This document shows, in pieces, positions 28,851 through 37,304 of a stretch of DNA of 64,000 nt. The DNA lies in the IMG/VR virus record IMGVR_UViG_3300025674_000014; one strand, 5' to 3'. The stretch's first letter is position 1, and each line of letters starts with the position of its first letter. Origin of the DNA: a virus. Its lineage: Duplodnaviria > Caudoviricetes. Position numbers and translations under genes: made by a program. The notes below the pieces were generated by a model, which saw nothing but the letters and a program-made list of their open reading frames with translations, made no database searches and was not told the origin of the DNA.

Positions 28851-29349
28851 CAGAGAAAAAGAATTTAACGACATATTTAAACTATCGTCGGATATAAAAA
28901 ATAGTGTTTGGTGTGATAAAGCACCAACTATAGTAATTTGTTCCCCTGAATTTTCTGGTATTGTAGGTCAAATTTTAATTCACGATTTAAGTTTATTAAA
29001 TGATAATAAACCTTTAAACTATTTTAGTTTAGATATGCCGTATCCAAACGGTGAAGAATTTAATTATGAACAATATAGAAATGAAATAGATAAATTAATA
29101 CCTAAATTAGATAATTTAGATAAAATAATTTTTGTCGATTCAGGTGTATTGAGAGGTTTTAATTTTTCAGTTTTAAAATTTGCAGTAGAGAAAGAAATAA
29201 ATCCAAATAAAATAAAATATGCTTGTTTATACTTGCAAGATGATTCAATTTTTGAACCAGATTATTATGTTGAAAAATTTAATTTTGAAAAACAAGGAGG
29301 CTTAACCTTCTGGTGGGAGAATGAAGATAGCCCGTATTGGGGGTGGTAA
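28834..29349 (+). CDS. phosphoribosyltransferase-fold protein with atypical PRPP loop
   Basis: IIFVDSGVLRG, EPDYY and LTFWWE. Confidence 0.55.
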   Translation: MLFKINREKEFNDIFKLSSDIKNSVWCDKAPTIVICSPEFSGIVGQILIHDLSLLNDNKPLNYFSLDMPYPNGEEFNYEQYRNEIDKLIPKLDNLDKIIFVDSGVLRGFNFSVLKFAVEKEINPNKIKYACLYLQDDSIFEPDYYVEKFNFEKQGGLTFWWENEDSPYWGW

Positions 29350-29350
29350 T

Positions 29351-29722
29351 ATGATATCTACTTTAATGACTTATTGGTATTGTCCAGATCAAAAATATGT
29401 AGTTACTTTAGAAGAAGTAAATGAATTTTTACTTCACCATAAGGTAAAAATACGTAATGTAAAACTATGGGAATTAAAAAAGTTTAGAAACTTTAATCTT
29501 GATCCCCAGCTTGTTAAGGAAGCGCGTAAAAATTTACAACCTATTTTAGTTGTAAAAGATCTGGCAGGTAACTATACTGATGTTATCATAGGAAAGCATA
29601 AATTAGAAAGTGCTTTTCAATTAGGAGAAAAGACTATTAAAGTCAAAGAGATTAGTATGAAAAAAGCTCCTAAGAATATGAGAGTTTTATTTTTACAGAA
29701 AAAGTATGAAAGAAGCAATTGA
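29351..29722 (+). CDS. ParB/Srx-N-like protein
   Basis: PILVV...IIGKHKLESA..LG.KTI resembles PI.V..DGxHR. Confidence 0.4.
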   Translation: MISTLMTYWYCPDQKYVVTLEEVNEFLLHHKVKIRNVKLWELKKFRNFNLDPQLVKEARKNLQPILVVKDLAGNYTDVIIGKHKLESAFQLGEKTIKVKEISMKKAPKNMRVLFLQKKYERSN

Positions 29723-29888
29723 AAAAATTTTAACAGAGTTTGCATGTAATTACAAACAAATTAATTTTGATTCCCCAGCAGCAAGGGAGTTATTAGCTGA
29801 ATTTATTTCTGATAAATTAAGTGGAACATTAGAGGAAGATTCTTATAATAATGACGATTGCTGCAATAACGATTGTGGTTGTCATTAA
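29706..29888 (+). CDS. hypothetical protein
   Basis: 60-aa ORF ending DDCCNNDCGCH. Confidence 0.55.
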   Translation: MKEAIEKILTEFACNYKQINFDSPAARELLAEFISDKLSGTLEEDSYNNDDCCNNDCGCH

Positions 29889-29889
29889 T

Positions 29890-29974
29890 GCCAGTGTGAT
29901 GAAATTGGAAAACATAACAGACTTAAAATCTGTCGCCTTCGGGCTTGTCGGTTCAAGTCCGACCACTGGTACCA
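29890..29974 (+). tRNA. tRNA-Leu(UAA)
   Basis: Acceptor GCCAGTG/CACTGGT, anticodon arm ACAGA-CTTAAAA-TCTGT, long variable arm, GGTTCAAGTCC and encoded CCA. Confidence 0.93.
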
Positions 29975-29979
29975 TTTTA

Positions 29980-30056
29980 GCCAAAGTAGCTTTAATTGGC
30001 AGAGCAGTTGATTTGTAATCATCAGGTTGTCGGTTCGAGTCCGACCTTTGGCTCCA
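29980..30056 (+). tRNA. tRNA-Thr(UGU)
   Basis: Acceptor GCCAAAG/CTTTGGC, loop TT-TGT-AA, GGTTCGAGTCC and CCA. Confidence 0.93.
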
Positions 30057-30080
30057 TTTTAAAATAAATATAAACGATAT

Positions 30081-30290
30081 ATGAAAAACAGTACAGTATT
30101 ATTATGGTGGTTCCTATACATGTTGGTAGGAGCTGTAGCAGGATTCGGTGGATCATTCGTAGCAGGCATTGTGCTTGGTATGATTGGTGTATCAGAACTA
30201 CTAGCGATGGTAATCCTCCTTCCGTTATTGATCTATATTAATTTCGTTGTTTTTAGGTGGTCAGTTGGTAAGATCATTGCTGATTCATAA
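30081..30290 (+). CDS. small membrane protein
   Basis: Two hydrophobic helices. Confidence 0.65.
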   Translation: MKNSTVLLWWFLYMLVGAVAGFGGSFVAGIVLGMIGVSELLAMVILLPLLIYINFVVFRWSVGKIIADS

Positions 30291-30484
30291 TGAACGAGGA
30301 ATGCATAGAATTATTCAACAAGATATACGAAGAGATTGATGTCTTAGTTGAAGGTACTGATCCAAAAGTTCAACGCATTCCTAATATTACAGTTAATACG
30401 AGACTTAAACGTATTAAAAAAGATCTTAGAGTTCTAGACACAAAGCTGTTTATGAACTCTAAATTTTTGGAAGGTCTACTTTAG
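30290..30484 (+). CDS. hypothetical protein
   Basis: 64-aa ORF coupled to the upstream stop. Confidence 0.55.
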   Translation: MNEECIELFNKIYEEIDVLVEGTDPKVQRIPNITVNTRLKRIKKDLRVLDTKLFMNSKFLEGLL

Positions 30485-30599
30485 ATGGCTAGCCAGTTTG
30501 CTCACCATAATTTATCTATACTAGTTGTGATAAAGAGAGATATAATAGGTAAGACTATTTACGCTTGATTTAATTAGTGGCGCAATTAACATCTTTTTA

Positions 30600-30619
30600 T
30601 AAGGGCCTTAGCTCAGCTG
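30600..30619 (+). repeat. duplicated tRNA-Ile 5' fragment (direct repeat of 31479-31499)
   Basis: TAAGGGCC-TTAGCTCAGCTG versus TAAGGGCCCTTAGCTCAGCTG. Confidence 0.7.
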
Positions 30620-30656
30620 ATTTTAAAAAAATTAAATTCAGTATTATAATTAAAAT

Positions 30657-30679
30657 CAGCATCACTTCAAGTGATGCTG
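30657..30679 (-). terminator. probable terminator of the methyltransferase gene
   Basis: Perfect 10-bp stem CAGCATCACT/AGTGATGCTG, followed by ATTTT on the minus strand. Confidence 0.55.
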
Positions 30680-30708
30680 TAAACACCGTAAATAAGTATT
30701 ATTGAAAT

Positions 30709-31413
30709 TTATATATTATTTTTAACTAAAAATAATTTATCATCACTTATTTGCTTCATTTTTCTATAAGTTATTGGTTCACAATACAACTTGCTAGGTA
30801 CCCTACCTTCAATGTTAGGCATTATTAAAGCAGTACCTCTACCGATTGGTATATTAACACAGATGTGATTATTTTCTTCAGACCATTTTTTAACACCGTT
30901 ATATACATCTGAATCATGATCTGTCATTCCTGGCCAACGAACAGTATCATGACATGTAATAATCCAATCATCACTACTCATTCTACTCCCATAATTACAT
31001 AAATCTTTATAAACTTGTTCTTCAGAATGATCTGCATCAACATGTAGGTAATCGATATTTTCGAACTGATTATAAACATCATCTGTTTTACAATTTATTA
31101 ATTTTATAAACGGATAACCTAATAACCCCTCTTTTGAGTAATACCTTTCTCCCCACGGTTCAGGTATATCTGCATCAATTAAAGTAATATCTATTTGTTG
31201 TAACAAACCAGCTTTTATTAATTCACTTTGGGCATAATGTAAAATTTTAGGAACAAAACCCGAACCTGAACCTAACACAACACATTTTTTACTAATAAAA
31301 GTATACACAAATGTGTAATAAAATAAACTCATTCCAGGATGATATTTATCTGCTCCATGGCTTTCGGGATACTTGTTAGTATCAATTAGTTCATATATTT
31401 TTTTAAGATCCAT
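30709..31413 (-). CDS. class I SAM-dependent methyltransferase (Methyltransf_24-like)
   Basis: VVLGSGSGF, IDYLHVDADHS and ITCHDT. Confidence 0.8.
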   Translation of the reverse strand: MDLKKIYELIDTNKYPESHGADKYHPGMSLFYYTFVYTFISKKCVVLGSGSGFVPKILHYAQSELIKAGLLQQIDITLIDADIPEPWGERYYSKEGLLGYPFIKLINCKTDDVYNQFENIDYLHVDADHSEEQVYKDLCNYGSRMSSDDWIITCHDTVRWPGMTDHDSDVYNGVKKWSEENNHICVNIPIGRGTALIMPNIEGRVPSKLYCEPITYRKMKQISDDKLFLVKNNI

Positions 31414-31481
31414 AACATAATTACTTAAACTATAAAGTTGAAATTTATAGGGTATAAGTATAATAAGTTATATAAACTTAA

Positions 31482-31558
31482 GGGCCCTTAGCTCAGCTGG
31501 TTAGAGCATTCGACTCATAATCGACAGGTCGTAGGTTCAAGTCCTACAGGGCCCACCA
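31482..31558 (+). tRNA. tRNA with CAU anticodon, most likely tRNA-Ile2 (lysidine type)
   Basis: Acceptor GGGCCCT/AGGGCCC and CGACTCATAATCG, closely resembling enterobacterial ileX. Encoded CCA. Confidence 0.88.
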
Positions 31559-31563
31559 ATCTT

Positions 31564-31881
31564 ATGAAAGAATTAACAACAATCGAAGAACTAGATAACA
31601 TTAGAAAAGAACACGCTAACGTACTTTTAGATTTTTGGGCTCCATGGTGTGGTCCTTGTAAAATGGTTACCCCTGTACTTGAAGGGTTAAGTGAAGAAAT
31701 GCCTGAAATTCTTTTTTGTAAAGTTAATATAGATGAAGCTCAAGATCTTGCTACTAAATTTGGTATTAGATCAATTCCAACATTAATGCATTTTACTAAC
31801 AAAGAAGAAGTTAGTGGTAAAATAAAAATTGGGTTTTCACCAAAACCAAAACTAATTGAATGGCTAAACAGCAAGAACTAG
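31564..31881 (+). CDS. trxA: thioredoxin
   Basis: DFWAPWCGPCK and SIPTL. Confidence 0.95.
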   Translation: MKELTTIEELDNIRKEHANVLLDFWAPWCGPCKMVTPVLEGLSEEMPEILFCKVNIDEAQDLATKFGIRSIPTLMHFTNKEEVSGKIKIGFSPKPKLIEWLNSKN

Positions 31882-32348
31882 ATCATACCTTTTTAGAAAT
31901 GGCGTATGTTTTTGCTAATCTAAGCAAAGCTAAACGTCGAAAGGTAGGGTGTATCATTGTTAAAGATGGTCAGGTGATCTCTAATGGTTTCAATGGTACA
32001 CCTTCGGGTTTTAATAACCGTTGTGAAGTTAAATTATCTACCTATGATGAGAGGGATACATATTATGAAAAAGATGAGTGGATTTATAATCATTTAGATA
32101 AAAAGTATACCCGTCTTAAAACAAAACCGGAAGTGTTACATGCAGAAAGTAACGCATTAATGAAAATAGCACGTTCAACTAACAGTAGCATTGGTTCTAC
32201 CATGTATCTCACTTGCTCTCCCTGTTTTGAATGCGCTAAGTTAATAATTCAATCAGGAATTACTAGACTAGTTTATAAAGAAGATTATAGAAAAGAAGAT
32301 GGTATTGATCTTCTTCGGCTGACTGATATAATAATTGAAAAGATTTAA
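31860..32348 (+). CDS. dCMP deaminase
   Basis: GFNGTPSG, HAESNAL and SPCFEC. Confidence 0.92.
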   Translation: MAKQQELDHTFLEMAYVFANLSKAKRRKVGCIIVKDGQVISNGFNGTPSGFNNRCEVKLSTYDERDTYYEKDEWIYNHLDKKYTRLKTKPEVLHAESNALMKIARSTNSSIGSTMYLTCSPCFECAKLIIQSGITRLVYKEDYRKEDGIDLLRLTDIIIEKI

Positions 32349-32349
32349 C

Positions 32350-32424
32350 GCGCCTATAGTTAAACGGATATAACCCTAGCCTTCTAAGCTTGTATTCTTG
32401 GTTCGATTCCAAGTAGGCGTACCA
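32350..32424 (+). tRNA. tRNA-Arg(UCU)
   Basis: Acceptor GCGCCTA/TAGGCGT, loop CT-TCT-AA, GGTTCGATTCC and CCA. Confidence 0.92.
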
Positions 32425-32431
32425 TAATTTT

Positions 32432-32605
32432 ATGAGCGATAAAATACCATACTCCAAAGTTAATAAAACGTCGATTCCGGCTGCAAAATCGAAAGCTCCG
32501 TCTTCGAATATGCAGTCAGAAAATCGAAATGCCGGTAAAGGTGATAAGCCCAGACATAACGTATCTGTTTATTCGCAAAATTATGACGATATCAACTGGG
32601 GATAG
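32432..32605 (+). CDS. 57-aa small phage protein (not in ORF track)
   Basis: MSDKIPYSK...AGKGDKPRHNVSVYSQNYDDINWG. The GKGxKPR...YxxI.W pattern recurs in small phage proteins. Confidence 0.6.
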   Translation: MSDKIPYSKVNKTSIPAAKSKAPSSNMQSENRNAGKGDKPRHNVSVYSQNYDDINWG

Positions 32606-32771
32606 TAAAACCGACTTGCAAGTATTAATTAGATCTTATGCTAATTATATGAATATGTACGCTTCTAATTTAGGTCAGGAAGATGCTAATTTAGAAAAAA
32701 CTTACAAGGAAGTAACTCTTAAAACTAAAAATTTTTGTAAACAACTAGAAGATTATGGCAAAAGGAATTAA
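32529..32771 (+). CDS. hypothetical protein (true start probably downstream)
   Basis: The helical C-terminal half fills the gap, but the 5' part overlaps the small ORF. Confidence 0.35.
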   Translation: MPVKVISPDITYLFIRKIMTISTGDSKTDLQVLIRSYANYMNMYASNLGQEDANLEKTYKEVTLKTKNFCKQLEDYGKRN

Positions 32772-32892
32772 AGAAAAACGCAAAGTAACATTCGGTAAAC
32801 TCGTAAATCGAAAAGGTCAACACTCAAAGAAAATGAGTAGAAATAAAAATAGCAAAAATTATAGTAAACCATATCGAGGTCAAGGGCGATGA
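32755..32892 (+). CDS. 45-aa basic protein ending YRGQGR (not in ORF track)
   Basis: MAKGIKEKRKVTFGKLVNRKGQHSKKMSRNKNSKNYSKPYRGQGR. Its stop overlaps the next ATG. Confidence 0.65.
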   Translation: MAKGIKEKRKVTFGKLVNRKGQHSKKMSRNKNSKNYSKPYRGQGR

Positions 32893-33665
32893 CAGATTTT
32901 TGCATTGAAACAACAGCTATCCATGATGAGTATATTGAAGAATATAATGAGCGTTTTGCTCCTCTCATGGATAAGTTGCCTAATACTCAGTTTATATGTG
33001 TTGCAACTAATCCCGATCTTGTAATCAAAAGAGATAACGTAAAAGTTGTTGATATCAAAAACTACACCGATACTAATTTTGTAAAAAGTTATGATCATAA
33101 AGGTGGTTTTTGTGAAATTTTACAAGCTACTAGATTTGGTTTAAGAGCAGCACGAGAAGCTGGTTATCTTAAAGTTATTCATTTGCAGACTGACATGTGG
33201 TTTACTGATGATGTAGATGAAGAAAAGTTATCTAAACATTTCAAACGTGGGTTGTATTTTGATATGGGAGGATCTACTTTAAATCTTAAACTTCAAACTC
33301 AAGATAATAAATCTGTTTATCTTGCTGAAAAATATAAGCTTGATGATAGGCAACTTGAAACGACTCCAGTTGGAGATGATCCTGTCGTATTGTTTAAGTT
33401 TAAGTCATCGGAAGAGTTTCATACATATCTTGAACATTTGGATAATTTATGTGCTGAAACTTTCTCACACCCTGGGTTTACAACAGGTATAGCTGATGAA
33501 TTAGTTTTTGCAATGCATCTTACTGGAGTTAGATCATATTATGATTACCATGGTGTGCTTCACCGTAGTGCTCAAAAATATTTTGATGTTGAGCATGGAC
33601 ATCTGCACATAAAACATTATAATGATAGAGACCCATCAATGATGGAAGAACGAAACTTAGTATAA
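32889..33665 (+). CDS. hypothetical protein, possibly GT-A fold
   Basis: ATRFGLRAA...KVIHLQTD resembles the helix-strand-DxD region of a GT-A fold. Confidence 0.4.
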   Translation: MTDFCIETTAIHDEYIEEYNERFAPLMDKLPNTQFICVATNPDLVIKRDNVKVVDIKNYTDTNFVKSYDHKGGFCEILQATRFGLRAAREAGYLKVIHLQTDMWFTDDVDEEKLSKHFKRGLYFDMGGSTLNLKLQTQDNKSVYLAEKYKLDDRQLETTPVGDDPVVLFKFKSSEEFHTYLEHLDNLCAETFSHPGFTTGIADELVFAMHLTGVRSYYDYHGVLHRSAQKYFDVEHGHLHIKHYNDRDPSMMEERNLV

Positions 33666-34111
33666 TGCAAACATTCCTACCATACTCAAACTTTTACGAA
33701 AGTGCAAAAGTACTCGATCAAAAACGTCTTGGTAAACAACGAGTAGAAGTGTTACAACTTCTTAACTCTATTAAGGCATCTAAAGAAGATAGACCATACA
33801 AAGGTTGGAAAAACCACCCATGTCGTAAAATGTGGTATATGGGTCCTGATTATGATTACGCTAACGCATTAGTTGAGTATGGTTTGGATGTATGTATAGC
33901 TTGGAAGGAACGAGGTTATAAAGATACTTGTTTTGATAAGATTGCTGCTCATTATGATAGTAACAAAGCTATCGAGTACCCTGAATGGTTAGGTAGAGAA
34001 GACATTCATCAATCTCACCGTTCAATGCTTATACAAAAAGAAGAAAGTTGGTATAGAGATTTATGGCCTACTGAAAAAGATAACCTTGAATATATATGGC
34101 CTAACCCATAA
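33665..34111 (+). CDS. pyrimidine-dimer DNA glycosylase-like protein (MSMEG_6728 family)
   Basis: MQTFLPY...LDQKRLGKQRVE...GWKNHP..KMW and HQSHRSML. Confidence 0.85.
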   Translation: MQTFLPYSNFYESAKVLDQKRLGKQRVEVLQLLNSIKASKEDRPYKGWKNHPCRKMWYMGPDYDYANALVEYGLDVCIAWKERGYKDTCFDKIAAHYDSNKAIEYPEWLGREDIHQSHRSMLIQKEESWYRDLWPTEKDNLEYIWPNP

Positions 34112-34119
34112 TTATTAAC

Positions 34120-34359
34120 ATGAATAGTACAGCAAATAAATTTATTAAAGGTATTCACGCTGAACAATCTGGTAAACGTCTTAAAGCTTTAGCTGATTTA
34201 GAAGTATACCTCAACCAACCGGTTGGTGTAGGGGATCACAGTTTAGTTTCAGACGAAATTGAAAAGATACTTGTTAGAGTTAAAGATTGTGAAGATATAA
34301 TTGCTACTATTGAAAAACATTTTGATTTAACCACCAAAGAAGAAGTAATAAATGAGTAG
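34120..34359 (+). CDS. conserved T4-like phage hypothetical protein
   Basis: LEVYLNQPVGVGDH motif. Confidence 0.65.
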   Translation: MNSTANKFIKGIHAEQSGKRLKALADLEVYLNQPVGVGDHSLVSDEIEKILVRVKDCEDIIATIEKHFDLTTKEEVINE

Positions 34360-35032
34360 TAAAGTTTTAATTGCATCAGCAACATCTAAAAAAGATGAAA
34401 CTGAAACTCATCTTTTTAAGAGTCTTGAAGATCATGTAGAAGATATAGACCTTATTATTAAAACTGATAATAAAAAAGGTTTATGTCAGGTTTATAATGA
34501 GATTTTAGATGCTGAAGGCGATAAATATGATGCTATTATTTTCTGTCACGATGATGTGACAATTGACTCAAATAATTTCGTTGATAGAACCCTTACGGGG
34601 TTACAAACATATGATGTAGTTGGTGTTGCCGGTGGTAGCAAAATAAAGAAAAACACTCCTATTTTGTGGCATTTAATGACTGATAAAATGACACATAGTG
34701 GTATAGTTTTTCACCCTCATCATGAATATAAAGAGTTTTGTTTTCCTACTACCTTTGGCCCCAGACCTAAAGAGGTAGCTGTATTAGATGGGGTTTATCT
34801 TGCAGTTAAACCAAAAACTTTATTTGAGAAGGAAATTAAATTTGATGAAAACATAAAAGGCTTTCATCATTATGATATTAAGTTTAGTATCGATTGTAAG
34901 CTTGCAGGATTATCACTCGGTACACTTGATATTAACATAATTCATCAATCACCAGGTCTGGATGTATATGATGACGCGTTTAAAGACTCTGAAAAATATA
35001 TGAAAGAGTTTTTAAACGAAATTATGACCTAG
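34352..35032 (+). CDS. GT2-like glycosyltransferase
   Basis: IIFCHDDV, VVGVAG, VAVLDGVYLAV and GFHHYD. Confidence 0.8.
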   Translation: MSSKVLIASATSKKDETETHLFKSLEDHVEDIDLIIKTDNKKGLCQVYNEILDAEGDKYDAIIFCHDDVTIDSNNFVDRTLTGLQTYDVVGVAGGSKIKKNTPILWHLMTDKMTHSGIVFHPHHEYKEFCFPTTFGPRPKEVAVLDGVYLAVKPKTLFEKEIKFDENIKGFHHYDIKFSIDCKLAGLSLGTLDINIIHQSPGLDVYDDAFKDSEKYMKEFLNEIMT

Positions 35033-37304
35033 GATCATCTTCGTTAAAAGTTTTCTTTCTATTGTAAACTTCTGTAGCAGTATTTATTTCTGTTTCATTA
35101 TTTGCCTTAGCAATTTCCCTCACTTGACTATTTGTATCAGTTAATGTGAGGGGAATATTTCTAAAGTGATGTGAGTGTGCGTAAATTTTAACAGAATTAG
35201 CAGTAGCAACAGCAGTTACGGTACTACCATCACTATCTTTTCCAATTTCAAGTCCACCAACTAACTCACCATATAATATAACTTGTTCTGTTTCTTGAAA
35301 CTCTGTTGGAGCAGTTATGTGATTAACGCTTAACTCACCATCAACATGTAAACCACCTCTAACAACCATGTTACCATTTACTCCAAAATTACTATCAACT
35401 AATACCTGGCCACTTTGTTTATTTTTAATTGAAACAATATTAGCTTCCAATGTTAATCTTTCACCACCATTAATGTTTACTTCATTTTCAGATGAAATAT
35501 TAACTTGCTGACCACCAACATTTGTAATAGCACCAGATACATCTACTCTACCATAGGATTTAAGAGATAAACCACCAGCACCTACCTGAACATTGTAACG
35601 ATTTGCAACATTTAACGTATAAGTACCACCTGGCATATCATCGACGTGAACATATTCAAGCATCGGGCTTTCTTTTTTGTGTTCATATACGCCTAAATTA
35701 TCTACAAACACCGCATCATTATAAATTTTACCAACTGAATCAATTCTTATACTACCAAAGTCATTCATTACTAAACCAATTGATTCAACTTTATTTTTTG
35801 TAATATCAATTATATGATTACCACCTAATCCCATTTTTTCTTCTATTGCAGCTAGCTTAGTAATGTTATCCTGATATAAAGCTTTATATTCACTATAAGA
35901 TTTTTTATTTTCTTCAACCCATATACCATCCATACTACTAGGACTAATACCAGTTTCATTACAAACAGGGCATCTTTCTACTGGAGGTAATAAAGTTTCT
36001 TCAGGTAAACTACCTTTTCCATAACTAACGGGTGTATAAGACGCAATTGGATCACTATTGAGTTTTACTGAAATTTCATTACTATAATTTGCAACCCTAC
36101 CATTAATAACTAAAAATTCTTTACCGCTTTCCCCTAAACAAACTGGGCATTTAGCATATTCACCATCTAAAACTTGTAAAGTAGACGTTAATTTAAGATA
36201 AGGAGAATCTTTTATAGCTTCTGCTCTTCTAATTTCGAATAATTGTTTAATATTTGCTATACTTGCAACAATATCATGCCATTCTTCATAAGCAGATACA
36301 TTAAAATTACCTATCTTTTGATAATAATCGCCTCTAGTAATATAATCTAAGTCTCTACCAGTATAAATGTTTCTAAATCCTTTTACTGTATCAAATTGAT
36401 CTTCCTGTACTAATCTTTGATCATTATGAGGTGAAAATTCTACATTAGTTTTTAATGCAAATTCTTTAAACCCACCACTATAACCTGAAAATTTAAGACT
36501 TTCTCTGTAATCAGAATTTACAAATTCTATCGTACCACCTTTTTGGTTTATAACATATTTGTTTTTGTAATAATCTAAATCTTGTTCTTTAACATTATTG
36601 GCTGATAGGCTAACGTTTTCGAATGATCCGGGGTAATCATATCCTTTTGACCCTCCGTAGATGCCTTGCCAATCATTATCACCATAACTAGCAGCAAAAT
36701 AAACTGGAAAAAGAGGATCACCATTGTGAAAAAATACCCATACGTGCGAGCCAACTGCGGGCACTGCAAATGCGCCTTTAGCTTTGTTCGAATATACACT
36801 GGGAGCGTACTCAAAGCTAAACAAATTAACGTTATTATTGTTATTAGCGATAGGGTCGTTAAATGCGTCATTAACTCTAAAACGATATTTTTCATATATA
36901 TTTCCTTCTTTCTCTCCAATGCCTTCCAAGTTTTGTTGACCCGTAGTAATAGTTTGATCTATTTTTATTTCACCGTCTTGGAAACCACTTAATCCGAAAT
37001 AGCTACTATCTGATATAGACGCATAATCTCCAGTTGCATTAAATCTACCAGATGACATTTCACCTGTTATTGGAGATGCGCAAATACTCCATGGTAAAAT
37101 TAATTTTAAATCATCATATATATCATTGAGATCACTGTTAATATTTCCACCTAAAAATTTAAATTTTTTGTCTTCCGGAATTTCGTTCCAGTTTTTATAT
37201 ACGGTAGGTGAAACGTGAGGTACAAAAATTTTAACACGACCTCTAGCTTTAGGGTCGTTGTTCTGTATTACTATACCTAAATAATTTCCGTAATATTTTT
37301 TCAT
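35022..37304 (-). CDS. gp5: central baseplate spike (gp5/VgrG-like OB fold, no lysozyme domain)
   Basis: YLGIVIQNNDPKARGRVKIFVP, VPAVGSHVWVFFHNGDP, beta-helix repeats and C-terminal HSHH. Confidence 0.75.
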   Translation of the reverse strand: MKKYYGNYLGIVIQNNDPKARGRVKIFVPHVSPTVYKNWNEIPEDKKFKFLGGNINSDLNDIYDDLKLILPWSICASPITGEMSSGRFNATGDYASISDSSYFGLSGFQDGEIKIDQTITTGQQNLEGIGEKEGNIYEKYRFRVNDAFNDPIANNNNNVNLFSFEYAPSVYSNKAKGAFAVPAVGSHVWVFFHNGDPLFPVYFAASYGDNDWQGIYGGSKGYDYPGSFENVSLSANNVKEQDLDYYKNKYVINQKGGTIEFVNSDYRESLKFSGYSGGFKEFALKTNVEFSPHNDQRLVQEDQFDTVKGFRNIYTGRDLDYITRGDYYQKIGNFNVSAYEEWHDIVASIANIKQLFEIRRAEAIKDSPYLKLTSTLQVLDGEYAKCPVCLGESGKEFLVINGRVANYSNEISVKLNSDPIASYTPVSYGKGSLPEETLLPPVERCPVCNETGISPSSMDGIWVEENKKSYSEYKALYQDNITKLAAIEEKMGLGGNHIIDITKNKVESIGLVMNDFGSIRIDSVGKIYNDAVFVDNLGVYEHKKESPMLEYVHVDDMPGGTYTLNVANRYNVQVGAGGLSLKSYGRVDVSGAITNVGGQQVNISSENEVNINGGERLTLEANIVSIKNKQSGQVLVDSNFGVNGNMVVRGGLHVDGELSVNHITAPTEFQETEQVILYGELVGGLEIGKDSDGSTVTAVATANSVKIYAHSHHFRNIPLTLTDTNSQVREIAKANNETEINTATEVYNRKKTFNEDDPRS

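Noticed and set aside
30600-31499. Autonomous mobile element or prophage att site
   Set aside because: There is no integrase or transposase, and only one cargo gene. It is kept as an insertion scar rather than called a mobile element.
31482-31558. Initiator or elongator tRNA-Met
   Set aside because: It has a paired 1-72 position and lacks the three G-C anticodon-stem pairs of initiator tRNA. The sequence resembles ileX, so Ile2 is preferred. Elongator Met is not fully excluded.
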